64,000 bases of DNA from assembly GCF_964355755.1 (NCBI RefSeq), contig NC_092671.1, forward strand, positions 34,420,304-34,484,303, in the 5' to 3' direction. Below, piece after piece: positions 1 to 12,800 of the stretch. The stretch is from Antedon mediterranea (lineage: Eukaryota; Animalia; Echinodermata). Made by a program: the position numbers and the translations under genes. A model generated the notes under the pieces. It ran no database searches. It was not told where the DNA came from and saw only the letters and a list, made by a program, of their open reading frames with translations. The stretch's first letter is position 1. Every line of letters starts with the position of its first letter.

Positions 1-2523
1 AAGGCAATCGTCTCTTTTATGTGCCATCACTGCTGAAGAAGGATGAAGGTGACGAAATGGTATCACTTGATAAACTGACAAAGTCAAAGAATACTGCGGT
101 ATTTTACGTTGACTTTGATGGTTTCCTACCTGAAGGACTGTACTATCGACTCGTAGTGAGAATCGTGCATTGGTCACAACAGAGGTCACATGATGAGAGA
201 TATGATCCTAGACTCTTTTACCAGCAGGTGAAGGTATACATTGATCTAAATCATGATGCAATCATCAGGATCCTACCTGAAAGAAGATCTTGTATTCAGG
301 TAGGCTAGGAGTGTTTGCAGCCAGTGTATTACAAGTATGCCCTTAAAATCCTAAAGGTCAAATTTTCCATACTTAGTCCAAGAATTATCTTTCCATAATC
401 ATGACATTTGTTTGATAAAACAACTTTCATTCTGAGGCACAAGTTCTCATATAAGTTAAAGTGTTAAACATGAAAAAAGAAAATTAATAAAACAGACTTT
501 AAATACCTCTTGTTTTAATCAAGTTAATCACTTTCATAGAAATTAAAAAACACCAGAAAATTAATGTTTCAGTTATAAAAAGATACATTAAACGGTTAAA
601 TCAAACCAAAAACCCACTGTCTGGCAGCCAATTTGACTATTTGTTGTTTTAAACTACAGTTAAAATAATTTGTTTTAGGGCCAATTTTTTGACAAAATGA
701 AAAAATATTACATGTCATTAAAATGGCTTATTCAACAACAAAAATTAAACACAATTTTCAGGGAACAATTTTTTATTATTATTATTATTTATTTATTTTT
801 AATTTAAATTGTTAAACAAATCCTGAATATAAAATTGTTATTACAATCAAGTAAATTTGTTTTTATTCTATTACACTGTAGGTGGTTATTTACAGACTTA
901 AAGTTGATGATGATAAAGAGCTTGAACCATCACCGCGTGTATGCAAAGAGGTGAGTGATGAATGTTGTATTCCAACTTCTTCAATATGGTGAGAGAGTAT
1001 CTATATATAAATTATGGTTAATTCTGACATTGGCGAGCACAGTGGAAAAGCTTCGGGACAAATCTCCGCCTTGGTCCTTGGATACCCACCTTATCTATCT
1101 CAGATGTACCGCAAAACGTAGATTTGATAACATTAGTTTTCACTAATACGATATTGTCCATTTCTATCTTAGGAAGATATTATAAAGAGTTTTATAACAA
1201 ACTTTATTATTTCATCGGTAGATTTTTAACTTTACGCGCGGTAGAAGTCATTTCCTGGTTTACGGTAAGGTGTAAACCTCGGTTTAATACCTTTAGTAGA
1301 GCCTCTTTATTTGATTTAGGTATCATTAACACATGGAACTCATTACCCTTTCACATTGTTTCAAGCCCAACACTTAACACTTTCAAGCAAAAATATGACA
1401 CACACATAAACAGTAGGAGAGGAGGCAGCCTCTACGAGTAAATACAGTTTGACATTATCCCGAAAGAAACTTTCCAGATTAAACGCATATTGGTCTTGTG
1501 ACGCATTATTGATAAATTAAATGTATCCTGATGTTATGGCTAGGTTATACAAAAAAATGCATGCTGTAACAGGCACAGCAGATCTCAAGCCATGTTTAAG
1601 TACATAACTAGAATTGAGTAAAATGAATTAAGTAGTGACCAAAAATGTGCTTCTGATTATAGATGATACAGCTCCTCAAGAAAAACTTAAAGGACATCTG
1701 CCAAAAATGGATGAAACATGTTGCTTTTAACTTATGTGTTCTATCCACCGATCGTTTGGAGAAGGTCCTCTTGCACAAACTTGATGACTGCCTAAAGTCA
1801 ACTGGATGTCGACATCATGATCGAATGGATAATTCCAAAATTAGGCGTTTGTTTGGAGAGGAAATTTCAGGTACTGCTTAAAATCACTCTTAAAACAAAA
1901 ATATTTTAAATACCTGTAGGGCAAAACGCCATCCGGAAAATATCCATGACTTTCTATTACATGTCGAGGCTAAATACAGAATTAAACGTCCAAGTTAAAG
2001 TATAGTATCTTTTTTTCAAAACGTTTGAGCAGCAATCTTTTAAACTTGTCACCGTTAAACAATTATCATGGGGCTGCAGTTATACATTATGTCAAGGGTT
2101 AAAACAATCTAATCAAATAGAATAAAAAGCTTGGTTTTATAACAGCAACAATTTCTTTTAGTCTGCCAAGTCACTGATGCTCAAGGAACCTCAAATGTTC
2201 CAGGATTTCTGCGAAATCTCATTGGTGTCTATAAAGATATCTTTTCACCTATCCTGCCATTTGAAATCATGACAGAGGTTTGTGTTCTCCTTGATCCTCC
2301 ACAACCACGTGCTAATGACTGGCGTAGTGTAGCATGTAAGGTTGGCTATGATCATTATATCAACTACTTGATGGTCATGATGAAAAGTCCGACTATGGCT
2401 GTAATGCATGGATGTTATGAGAAAGGTTGGTCATTGGAAGACTTCGAAAAGTGTATGATTGACATACAACGTCATGATGTTGCAAGTTTGATCAATAAAT
2501 ATCTTTCTACTAAAGAGGAATGA
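1..2523 (+). CDS. ROCO protein paralog A, 3' part only (end of COR region plus C-terminal death domain)
   Basis: Exons <1-299, 882-950, 1663-1870, 2162-2523(TGA) join in frame at GT-AG sites. Each exon aligns to a paralog B exon (FYVDFDGFLPEGLYYRLVVR; LLDPPQPRANDWRSVACKVG...RHDVASLI, a death-domain pattern like DAPK1 LLDPPDP..DW). Confidence 0.9.
1270..1440 (+). mobile_element. CR1-type LINE 3' fragment in an intron
   Basis: Translates to IINTWNSLPFHIVSSPTLNTFKQKYD, matching the CR1/L2 ORF2 C-terminal motif (WNxLP...S.N.FK..LD). Confidence 0.65.
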
Positions 2524-3229
2524 ACATGCATAACAAACCAGAATGCTCTTTGTCGATATGATTTTTCAGACTAATTTTATATTTTAGAACAATTACAGTA
2601 TTGGTAAGAAGTCAGAGTTTATGTCATAAAGTGAAAATACATAATGACATGAAGAAGATATTAATAAGATAACTAAAAATAATAACAAATAGCAACAACC
2701 TAAACACATGTTATCATTAGCATGATCATGTGATATATTTTCATTAAATTTGTTTAGACTTTTGGGGCCCACATGAAAATGAGGAACCAGTTTTTTTTCA
2801 TAATTGTTTTTATTATCTACACTATGTGGTTAGCTGTGTTGGTTTAGTTTAAAATGATATTATAATTATGTCATTTTCATATTTGTATTTGAAAACTGAA
2901 ATTGAAATTGGTATAAACAAGTAACAGTAATTACTTTATCGGTGTTTCGACATTATTTTATATGTGACATAACATAACCATTTATTATGTTGAGGTTTTA
3001 GTGTTTTGTAACAAATAGGCATTTATTCCATGACATACTGTACGTACTGTTTAATTGTTTTGGACTTTTAAATTAATTGCACTTTTCTCCTAAACTTCAC
3101 ATATGGTTTTTTGTACCTCAGAAATTATTTTTCTGTGTATATTGTGTAGCAAGATGCAAGAGAATTTACATATTATTTTATCGTATTTCTAGTACTAATC
3201 AAAAGTTTAATTAAATAGTATAGTAGTAT

Positions 3230-4830
3230 AATAATCAATGTATCCTCAAAACTCTTTACAAAGTGTATTTATTTACATTTGAACAATGCATATTATAGTA
3301 TTTCTTCATCTGCAATGATGCCACATATTTGGTGGGTTTTTTTTTATGAATGTTTGTAGTTAAGTTGCACAACATTTTAGTCTTTCATTTACGTATTTAT
3401 CGTTTTTAAAAAATCCATTAATGTATGATATAATTGGTAGAAAAATATTACCCATGAAACTGATGTCATTTTGTTGTAGAGAGTCTGACGGATTCGAGTC
3501 TGACCTGCTTCCCGTTTTAAGATATTAATGACACCAACATCCAGAAGTTAACAAGTTTCCTTTAATTTCTTGATATTAACCATTTATCATCAATTATTAA
3601 CATAACATTAACATATGTTTTCTACTAATCCAGTATGTCTAATGTCCAGTAAGTATTCATTCAATAGGCATTCACCATTTTTTAAGTTGGATCCTTTTTT
3701 TCTCTTAATTTTTTATAATATTCTATATAGGCCTAACAGTTTTATTTTTTATTATAACATAAATGTTTAATATATCCTTTATGTTATGCTTGAATTCAGT
3801 TTACAAAGTACTATCCAAGGGTGTAGGCTAATGAGATAGGGGCACTAGTTTAAAAAAAGATTGAATAATATATGAGGGGGTATCTGAAAATAATATATGT
3901 ATTGGTCACAAAGAATATAAGATAATAAATAGAATTGAAGAAGTAGTACCTGATTGAAACTTGTAATAAACAAATAATTAAAGTTATTGTTTGTTTTTTT
4001 TATTATTTGTTGTCGTATCTACCTCGTCCCTATTATCACACTATGTTCTCATACCGACAAGGAACCCTTATTAATAAGTCGTCAGTAAAATTGTGTAGGT
4101 CTAGTTTTGTTATTTTATTGACATGATTTTAAAAAGTCTTTAATTTTTCACTTTTTGTAAAGTGGATTGCCTGATAACAAATCTGATAAAACACAATGAC
4201 ACAAGAGTCTTTTTGAAAAATAAATATTTGAGTGTATGGCGTGGGCAGATACTAAAAAACATTCATATTCAATGATAAAAGGAATAAGAAAATTGCTTTT
4301 ACAGGGAACTATCACTTGAATATAATGGGTTTCACGGTCTGTAGCTAACGCAGTATACGCCCATTTGTTTTATTATCAAACATCTATTGACAATTTCTTG
4401 TTAAAAATGTGTAAATCTCCTTGTAATAGTCTATAATTATACTAATTCATCGATCTAAGCTCCTAAAAGCACCCCTGTTGGCATACCATACCGGTACTGA
4501 AATGTATAAATGGACTCATTCATATTGATGAATAATAAACATTTTCCTAAAATATAAGTTTGAAAAAAGAGATTCGTGATTTTAATATTTAATAAAGTCA
4601 TTAATATAAAACCCCTATGCATGGACTGTACCATTTTTCGGAACATAGTTTTATAACATACTCTACCAAGTTTAACCTATAAATGGAACCCATATGGATT
4701 TGCCAAGGGTAACTTCTGAATTCTCTATGAGCTGTACATTCCGTTTATTGGAGATACATGGATACCTGATTGAAATTGCTCAAATATTTCTGAAAGACAT
4801 TGTACTGTATAGTAATAGTATTATTCCCCT
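3230..4830 (-). mobile_element. Possible highly decayed L1/Tx1-like LINE remnant
   Basis: Minus-strand fragments ICGIIADEE...ALFKC (zf-RVT-like) near 3270-3335 and WKG near 4830. Many stops; boundaries are approximate. Confidence 0.25.
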
Positions 4831-5829
4831 TCCACACCTCTTTGAATTAAATCCGCCCTGATAGGCTCTTATGTACAGGATTTCAAAGCAATAATCACAC
4901 TTATATTTTTCAAACAGTATAATCTATTATATTGAATAAAAATATCTATTATAAACAATTTGCCGTTCGTATGCCATGTCGTTATTTAGATGAGAAAAAC
5001 AGGTCAAAGGTTAAAATTACAGAAAAATAGGTGTTTCAGTCACTTTTTGAAAACAATGTTGCATTATGGCAAGTATAAACATATATATTGTGAACAATTT
5101 GACACCAAAATTGGCTCCTTACGACAAATATTTATTAATTTATGTTTTTATAACCTTATTCAATTATGTCAAAGGTTAATAACCACACTTCCGGTCATTT
5201 TCAAGCAATATCATCTGTTACACTGAATATAAATGTATATCTTGGGAACAATTTGCTCCTATTTTTAATTCTCTCCGACCTGCCGTTACTTAGATACAGC
5301 AAAAAGAGGTCAAAGGTCAAAATTGCTAACAATGGGGTTTCCGGTCAATTTTACAAAGAAAGTTCTGTTAGAGCTAATATAAACATATACATTGTGAACA
5401 ATTTGACACCAAAATTATCTCACTACGTCTAGAATTTCCAGAGATATAGCATGTTTTTATATTGGTCAATTTTGAACTTTGACCCTTATATCTCGAAAAC
5501 GCTTCCTATCCTGATCGATTACCTTCCATATTCGTAATCTACAGAAAATTCTGGTCTAGAAAAGTTGGATGGCAATTTGTCCCCTTTCGGGTGGTGATAT
5601 CCCCACCTCCTGCCACTGGTATCTTCAGCTTTAGCTTGCATCATTTAATATACCATTTTTCTGTCCAAAAAAATCTTTACGTTGTGGTGCGATGTTGCGT
5701 GTGTTTTAAAGAGAATTCCCAGGCTTGATCAGTATTGTTTAGTGTACATTTGCCACCTGCGTTATATCTAAATTAAGCCTTCTTTTCTCCCTAATATACA
5801 TTATAAATAGACTGATATTACGGGAATAA

Positions 5830-5925
5830 TATATATACTTTGTATATATACTTAATAAATATATATATATAATATATATACTTAATATATATACTTTATA
5901 TATATATATATATATATATATACTT
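5830..5925. repeat. Interrupted (TA)n microsatellite
   Basis: Runs of tatata directly upstream of the putative ROCO-B promoter motif. Confidence 0.85.
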
Positions 5926-5933
5926 TATAATAT

Positions 5934-5947
5934 TTCCGGGAAGTCCC
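5934..5947. promoter_or_regulatory. Overlapping STAT GAS-like and NF-kB-like site upstream of ROCO-B
   Basis: TTCCGGGAA (5934-5942) fits TTCN3GAA. GGGAAGTCCC (5938-5947) reads GGGACTTCCC on the minus strand and fits GGGRNWYYCC. It lies ~280 bp upstream of a strong donor (ACCG|gtaagt at 6220) that probably ends a non-coding first exon. Confidence 0.5.
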
Positions 5948-6889
5948 CCACACCGTTTTCGAAACCAATAGAGTATTTCTGACTGACAATGGTCTGAATA
6001 AAATAAAGAAAGATAGTTCTGTCACCTTGCCAATACATATGAACCATGAAACCATTGATAACTATCTATATTATGGTCTGTGGGCTCATAAAATGCTGCT
6101 GCTATTCATTGGTTTTGCTCATTGCACGTTATTCATCTAGCTTAGAAAGATATATATATACAAATTGCTTGATTTCAGTATAAATATCTTATGGCGTTTT
6201 CCTTATAAATAAAATAACCGGTAAGTAGATTTGAAATTTTAATATTTACATTTTTGATTATGATCATCATTGTTTAGAACGTCTCTAAAGACGATTATTT
6301 TGCTTCAATGTACTTCAAATTGTAGACAAAAATTGATTGTTAGACATACAATACTCTACATACATGATTACAGTTGACTTTATATTTTTATTTATATACT
6401 CATGATATAACAAGTCTATTGCAAAATAATTATTTGGTAAAACTTACTTCATCGAGATAACCATTAGGAGACTACATTGAAATAATTAATTTATAATTTT
6501 TTTTTTTTAATTTTAAACGACTCTGTGTTATACATGCATCTTTTGACTTCATAAATCCCGCATTTCTTTTGTTTTTATTGATATTTTTTTAGTTTTCATA
6601 TGTATATTTTTCAATATTGATGTTTTTTATACTATGTTCATGTTGAGATGCCAAATAAAATGAAATGAAAAAAAAACCAAGACACATGGTGGTATCATAA
6701 TTATTTCTAAAAAATGCTTTCTCTCTAACTATAATGTTACACATATAGGCTAGTTTGTCTGCCTACAAGTTTCTAATTCAGAAACAACATTTTAAATTTT
6801 AAAGGTTGAACATTTTAAAAGAAGATAGATGTACCAACAAATATATTTTCAATTAATTAGGCATATTAAATTGAAGTACTGTACTTGTA

Positions 6890-9800
6890 ATGGCATTTAA
6901 TTTTGAAACCGAGGCAGAAGGCAGCAGGAAGAAAGAAAAGAAGAAAAAACGGTAATTATGTGTTAATTATGTATGCCTCGCTATAAAAATAGTAGTAGGC
7001 CTAAATAGAAAGTATGAACAATTAAATGATAAATATTGTGGTCTAGATGTCAATATTATTAGTAAGACAATTAAATAATTGATGCTGTTTTGTAAAGTAT
7101 CATTATACAAATAATTAATTAATACTGTATTAACATGTATTAATCATTGTATATACTAAAAATATTTTAAACAATTCAATATTGGTCAATTAATGGAAAT
7201 TTGAATTCTTTTGGCAATATATATGTATACACATTAACATTAACCTACTTAACGATCCATCATTGCAGTCACGAGTGTTGAGTTATTGTTACTAAACTAG
7301 AATCGGGTAAAAACTGATTTCGGTATAAAAGATAGTGAAAGTACATTTACCCTGCTAACACCTTAACAAATATAATTGTATTGATCATATGTACGGTATG
7401 CTATCTTTAATACGCTTGGCCACTTTTTACAACCAGTTCGAATTTCCCTTTTTTCATTTTGATCCATTACCATAACAACATAATAAGCCTATATAAAAAA
7501 AATAGTACGGTGAATTATCTATTACCATAGTTTCTACATTGTATTTAAAAACAAGTGCCCCAATACTAGGCTACAGTGAGCATCGAATTCCATTTCCTTG
7601 CTTATATATTGTAGTCTGTGAAAATTTTACAGCCATACCTGCTCAAAACTTAGTAATAATTGTACGACAATGTATTCGTCGGGATATTTAGAAAACAACA
7701 CATTCAGTCAGCATAATGTTCCTTCTCTCTGATATAACCTAAAGTAGTTCAATACTTTATTTTTACAGAGTTTCTACCTCAATCCCAGAATTGGAGTAAG
7801 TATGCTGTAACTATACTTAATGCCTTTAATATTAAAGTAAAACTTATGCTAATACCATGTAGAATCATGATGATTATTTTGTTGGTAATTTCAAACTGAA
7901 TGGTTCTTTGATAGAAATAAACTGATAAGCAGTTAATTTTATCACATTTATTTTCACTCCAGTAATGGTTATTACTTTAAAAAATACTAAATGCAAGCAT
8001 TTCATTGTTTTGACATTGTTAAATTTTTAGTATAATATAAGAAACGTTTCTATCATTATTACAAGGTACGAAATACAATAATAAAAAATACATAGAACAA
8101 ATTGTATAGAATACAAGAAAAAATAAAGTAATAATAGGATGAGTAAAAATGATTGTCAATATATAATGGATTGTAAACAATTCAGAATTATTTATACATT
8201 ATATCTATGTAAACATTACTGATGAAAGTTAAATCTTTTTTACAGAGAATGGAGAAGCCAAGAACTAGAGTAAATATCAACTTAGAATATTTTAATACTT
8301 TACTTTCAAAGTGTGAAATTTACTCATTATATGTCAGTACAAAAATCATATTCTAATCTAGATTGCTATGAAACTATTAGCATAACAACGTCAAATGGCA
8401 TTCACGAACTTTCTACACTATTTAGTGCTTAGGCAAATTTAAACATTATTGTCTAAAAGAAGAAATGTTGTTTGCCAAATTATAACATGTTGACGACTTT
8501 TAAATCGCGAACAAAGTTTCAAATCGAACAAAAATCAGTTTAAATAAAAATAATAAGCTACTGTACTAAACAATATAGGATGAAAAATAACAAAATACTG
8601 TATTTTATAGTCCAATTGTATCTAAATAATAGAATATCAGACATTAATTATGTACACATACTAATGAACCATTTAAATTATCTTTACAGAAAAGAGGGAA
8701 AATTTAAAAAGTAAGTATATTTTTTACTGTTTACAATAATTAGTGTGAAATTTAAAAGTACCTTCAAAGGTGGCTTACTGTAAATCGTATAAAAATATAT
8801 AATGGAAATGCCTTTTATATGCACTGCATTAAAATATTCCTAAACTTCCTAATGCATAAGAATATTTTTTTTTAATTAAAAAGCTGCTACAGCTGTGTAA
8901 ATAATAAAAACACCTTATAATATAACTTACGACAGTCAAACAATACAGAACTAATTATTAGACATTAATTACTAACCTACTAATAATGAAACTTCATTTT
9001 TATAGACTACAAAGAAAAATCTCTGAGACGTAAGTAACACTTAAACTATCTGTTTAACTTAAACTATGTCACTCTAAAGTAGCACTGTAGTATAATGAAA
9101 TATAACTTCATGAATAAACGTGCATAATGACAAACTCAACAAAATAAAATTGCATATAAATACTATCTAAATCTTGGGAATTGGTATTGAATGTATGTCC
9201 CACAAGGCGAAACGCAAGCGTGTTAACCAATAAAAAGCGTCAGTTTGATTAGTCAATCGCTCGTAAATGGTCAAATTACTTACGTTGCACTTACGTCCTT
9301 GTATTGCTCCGTAGTGTTATTGTGTAATTACACATACTAATAGATCATAATAATTTGTTTCAGGGAACAGAGAAGAGGGTAAGTAATACACTAATTATCT
9401 AATAATATTAGTTTAAAATATTATTTAAAACATGTGAAATTTAATGTTAAACAGTTTTAGTACAGTAGTATAATAGTGAATTATACTTTATGGTTGAACT
9501 TGTATATAAAAAACATAACAAAATAATCATTAAATTTAAACTGTTTTCTATGAGCAGGGATGAGTTTTGGTCGGTGATTGATAAAATTTCAAGTGAAATT
9601 GCAGTTTATGATCTACAGATGCTGAAGGTCGCCCTCTATGACATAATAAAAAACAAAAATGAATTAGATGCAGCATCAGCTAATACTTTGTTCAGACTAT
9701 TACATTCAGAAGGTTACATTGAAATTGGTCATGTTGTTAACTGTGATCTATTATTTGAAGTATTTGATGTAACAGGACTTCAAATACTACTTAAAATGCT

Positions 9801-12800
9801 CTCCAAGAAATATCACAGACGGAATCAGGCAAACAAAATCACAGGCTACAGACGGATGCTAGTTAAACTCGGCAGATCATTGAATAGTCAACAGGTGGAC
9901 ATTCTTGCAAAACTCTTCAATATTGAAAGAAATCCGAAAAATGCTTGGGATTTAATTAAGAGATTGACTCAAGAAAAGATTGAAAACACTATAGCATCAT
10001 TGAAGAATGTTGAAGCACTTGTGAAGGGCAAACAAGAATTGAGTCATGTACTTACCATTGTAAGATCATTTGGTATGTAGGCCTATTGCTTCTTTTTTTT
10101 CTACCAGGACTGTGGTGGTTGATATAACAAATAACTTTACATTTCATTTTTGATTTTTAAAAAATAGCTCTGAAATCTATAGCAATATTGTTATTGTTTA
10201 CTTTTTTTCAGTGCAACTGAAGAAACTGAATGACGGTAAATATAACAGTTTAAGAAAATGATGATATAACTTGAACAAAAAAGTGTTTTTTATTTCTCCA
10301 AAATCCCTGTTTCAAAATTAGTTTTTCATTGACTCCTTTAATATAGTTTCTGATAAATATAATTCTTAATTCTGTGTATTTGCATTATTTTTTATCAAAA
10401 TATTAGTTCCCCTTGAGGTTTTGGCAAGAGGTAAAGAGGCTAATGATGCATTTCTTAATGCCATACAAGAAGGCAGCAAACCTATATACCAAACACGTCT
10501 AATGCTTGTAGGACAAGAACGTGTTGGGAAAACGAGTCTAACTAAAGCACTCACTGATCAACCGTAAGTACTGTATTTAGGTCTACATTTTTGTTTTATG
10601 TTGTGTTTTGCGCAGTTCAAAAACAGAGGTTGATAATAACTATCAATACATAAATGAAACAATTAAACCCTTTCCATAAATATACTACCCAGCCCTTTGA
10701 GTAAACAGTACTGCTATTACGGTTTGTCATAGTGTTACTAAATTCGTTATCTGAAAAACAGGCTTCTTGTTCTATTGTTTTAGTGGCACACTACATTGCT
10801 ATAAACGTTTTTGTTCAATAAGTGTAAGTTTTAAAGGCTTTTTTATGTTATGCATAATATAATTCTTTAAATATTATTTAGGTTTAATGCTACTGAGAAA
10901 GTAACTAATGGAATTGAAGCATCATTGTCTTGTACAATTAGTGTTAAACATACTAATAACTGGAAACCAAATGAAAATAAAGGTAGTCTTATAATTAACA
11001 TCCAAATTCTTAAAAATAAATTCCATGATCAAATAATTATTACATCTAAAAGACCCATTAACTCTAAATACAGAAAGATAATACATTTAAAAAAAAATCT
11101 ATAACGTAAATTGCTTACCATTCAACAATTTAAAGGTCAATATTGCATACTTTTTTTTTAATTTATAGCAACGGGTGAGGCAAGAAAGGAATATATAAGA
11201 ACTCTTGCAGAAAGGATGGCACACGACATCTGGAGGAAACAACATGAGGTTAGAAAAATGCCTAGTTTCCCAAATTTCCTATATAAATATATGAAAGAAA
11301 TATTATTTCAATACAAGTGTTTGCAATACATGTTTTGTGACGATGGAAAGAAGAAACAGTATGAAAATCACAAATTTAAACTTTTAATACCTACCATCTT
11401 TATGCTAAATTTTTACAATATACAGAAATTAAAGGAAGATGGACAAGAAAATAAAGAAGTTGGCAGTGTTGCTAGGCCAGAGGAAGAAAATTTATTACCT
11501 TATACAAATGAAGGTGAAATATTTGCGTACGGTATTGTAAGACAAGCATTTCTTCAGGAAACATAGTAAATAATGTTATTCTATTTCCTTCCAACGATGG
11601 AGTAATAAGGTAGCATGTTTCAAAACAATAACAACATATACAATTGTTTGGGTACAGAGAATTAAATAATATAAGGCCCACGACACAAATGGAACGCATT
11701 GGAATAAAGTTTTTTGCAGCTACACAACACCCTAGAAAGCAAATTGTATCATACATTATTACTTTAATTACTAGGACAAGAAAAGATTAGGTTTTAAAAA
11801 AAAGACGCCTGGGTGGCGAAATTAGATTGGTGTTTCAATCATATGTACTGCTTTTCTTTTGATAGGGAATGAAGGTAGAGAATTGAACGAAAGACCTGAT
11901 GTGGAAAATGTGCCAATAAAGGTAAAAAATAAAGACAAACTTCGGGTTTGAAGACAATTGTAATAAAGATGTTGGAAAACATTAATTATTATTGTTGTTA
12001 ATGTTTTTGTTGTTAATAATAATGTTATTTTTATGGTTGAATATGATGTTGATGATGTGGATGTTGTTTTCCCTCTTCCTTTATTGATCCCACAGAATGA
12101 AACTATATAACAAGTAATAATTATACTGTATCATACTGTATCATACTGTTTCATACTGTATTTGATAGATTAATCTACTGTAGTTTTATATAATTTGTTC
12201 TATTTTGCTGTTTGCAAACTGTACTTTGATTTAAATAATTATAGAGATTTGGAAGGAAGAAACGGGAATATGAAGAGAAATTTGGTAAGAAAATTCTATT
12301 TGAAGGGACAGCAGAAATTCAACCAAAAGCATGTTTGTTCTTCCTTGTTCTTCCTATCTAGTCAGTGTATTTGACACCGCTTTTGTGAACACAATGATGT
12401 AAAACATTATTTTAAAGATTCGTTTCAGATTGTTTTAAATTTTTTTAAACAATGAATTCGAAACGCTGAAAAAATTCTAAAAATTGTAATATAAAATATC
12501 CTTAGTAAAACAAAATATTTTTGTAATGAATTTAAAAAGCCTAAACATCTACTAATTGTACATTTCACAATTCACTAATGAATGAAAGATAAATTAAAAA
12601 GACGCTCAAAGTAAACAAGTAATACGACTGAAAATGATGTATTTATGAATTTTCAAATTATTCCTTTCTTTTACTTTATTTAGCCTCATTTACACAATTA
12701 CGTTACATTACTAAAAATGCAATCCACTCAAAAGGAAGAATTCAGCAATACATTAATTCAAATGGATAATTTCGTACCTTTATGTGGTAAAATCTTTCGT

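Noticed and set aside
4850-5610. Repeat-like segment with AGGTCAAAGG motifs and short ORFs (4990-5432)
   Set aside because: Probably a non-autonomous DNA transposon fragment, but termini and target duplication could not be defined and the ORFs have no homology signal.
9490-10080. Standalone 196-aa ORF as an independent DED-only gene
   Set aside because: It has a good acceptor at 9557 and a donor at 10073 in phase with neighbouring exons, so it is treated as an internal ROCO exon. An intron-retained DED-only isoform cannot be excluded.
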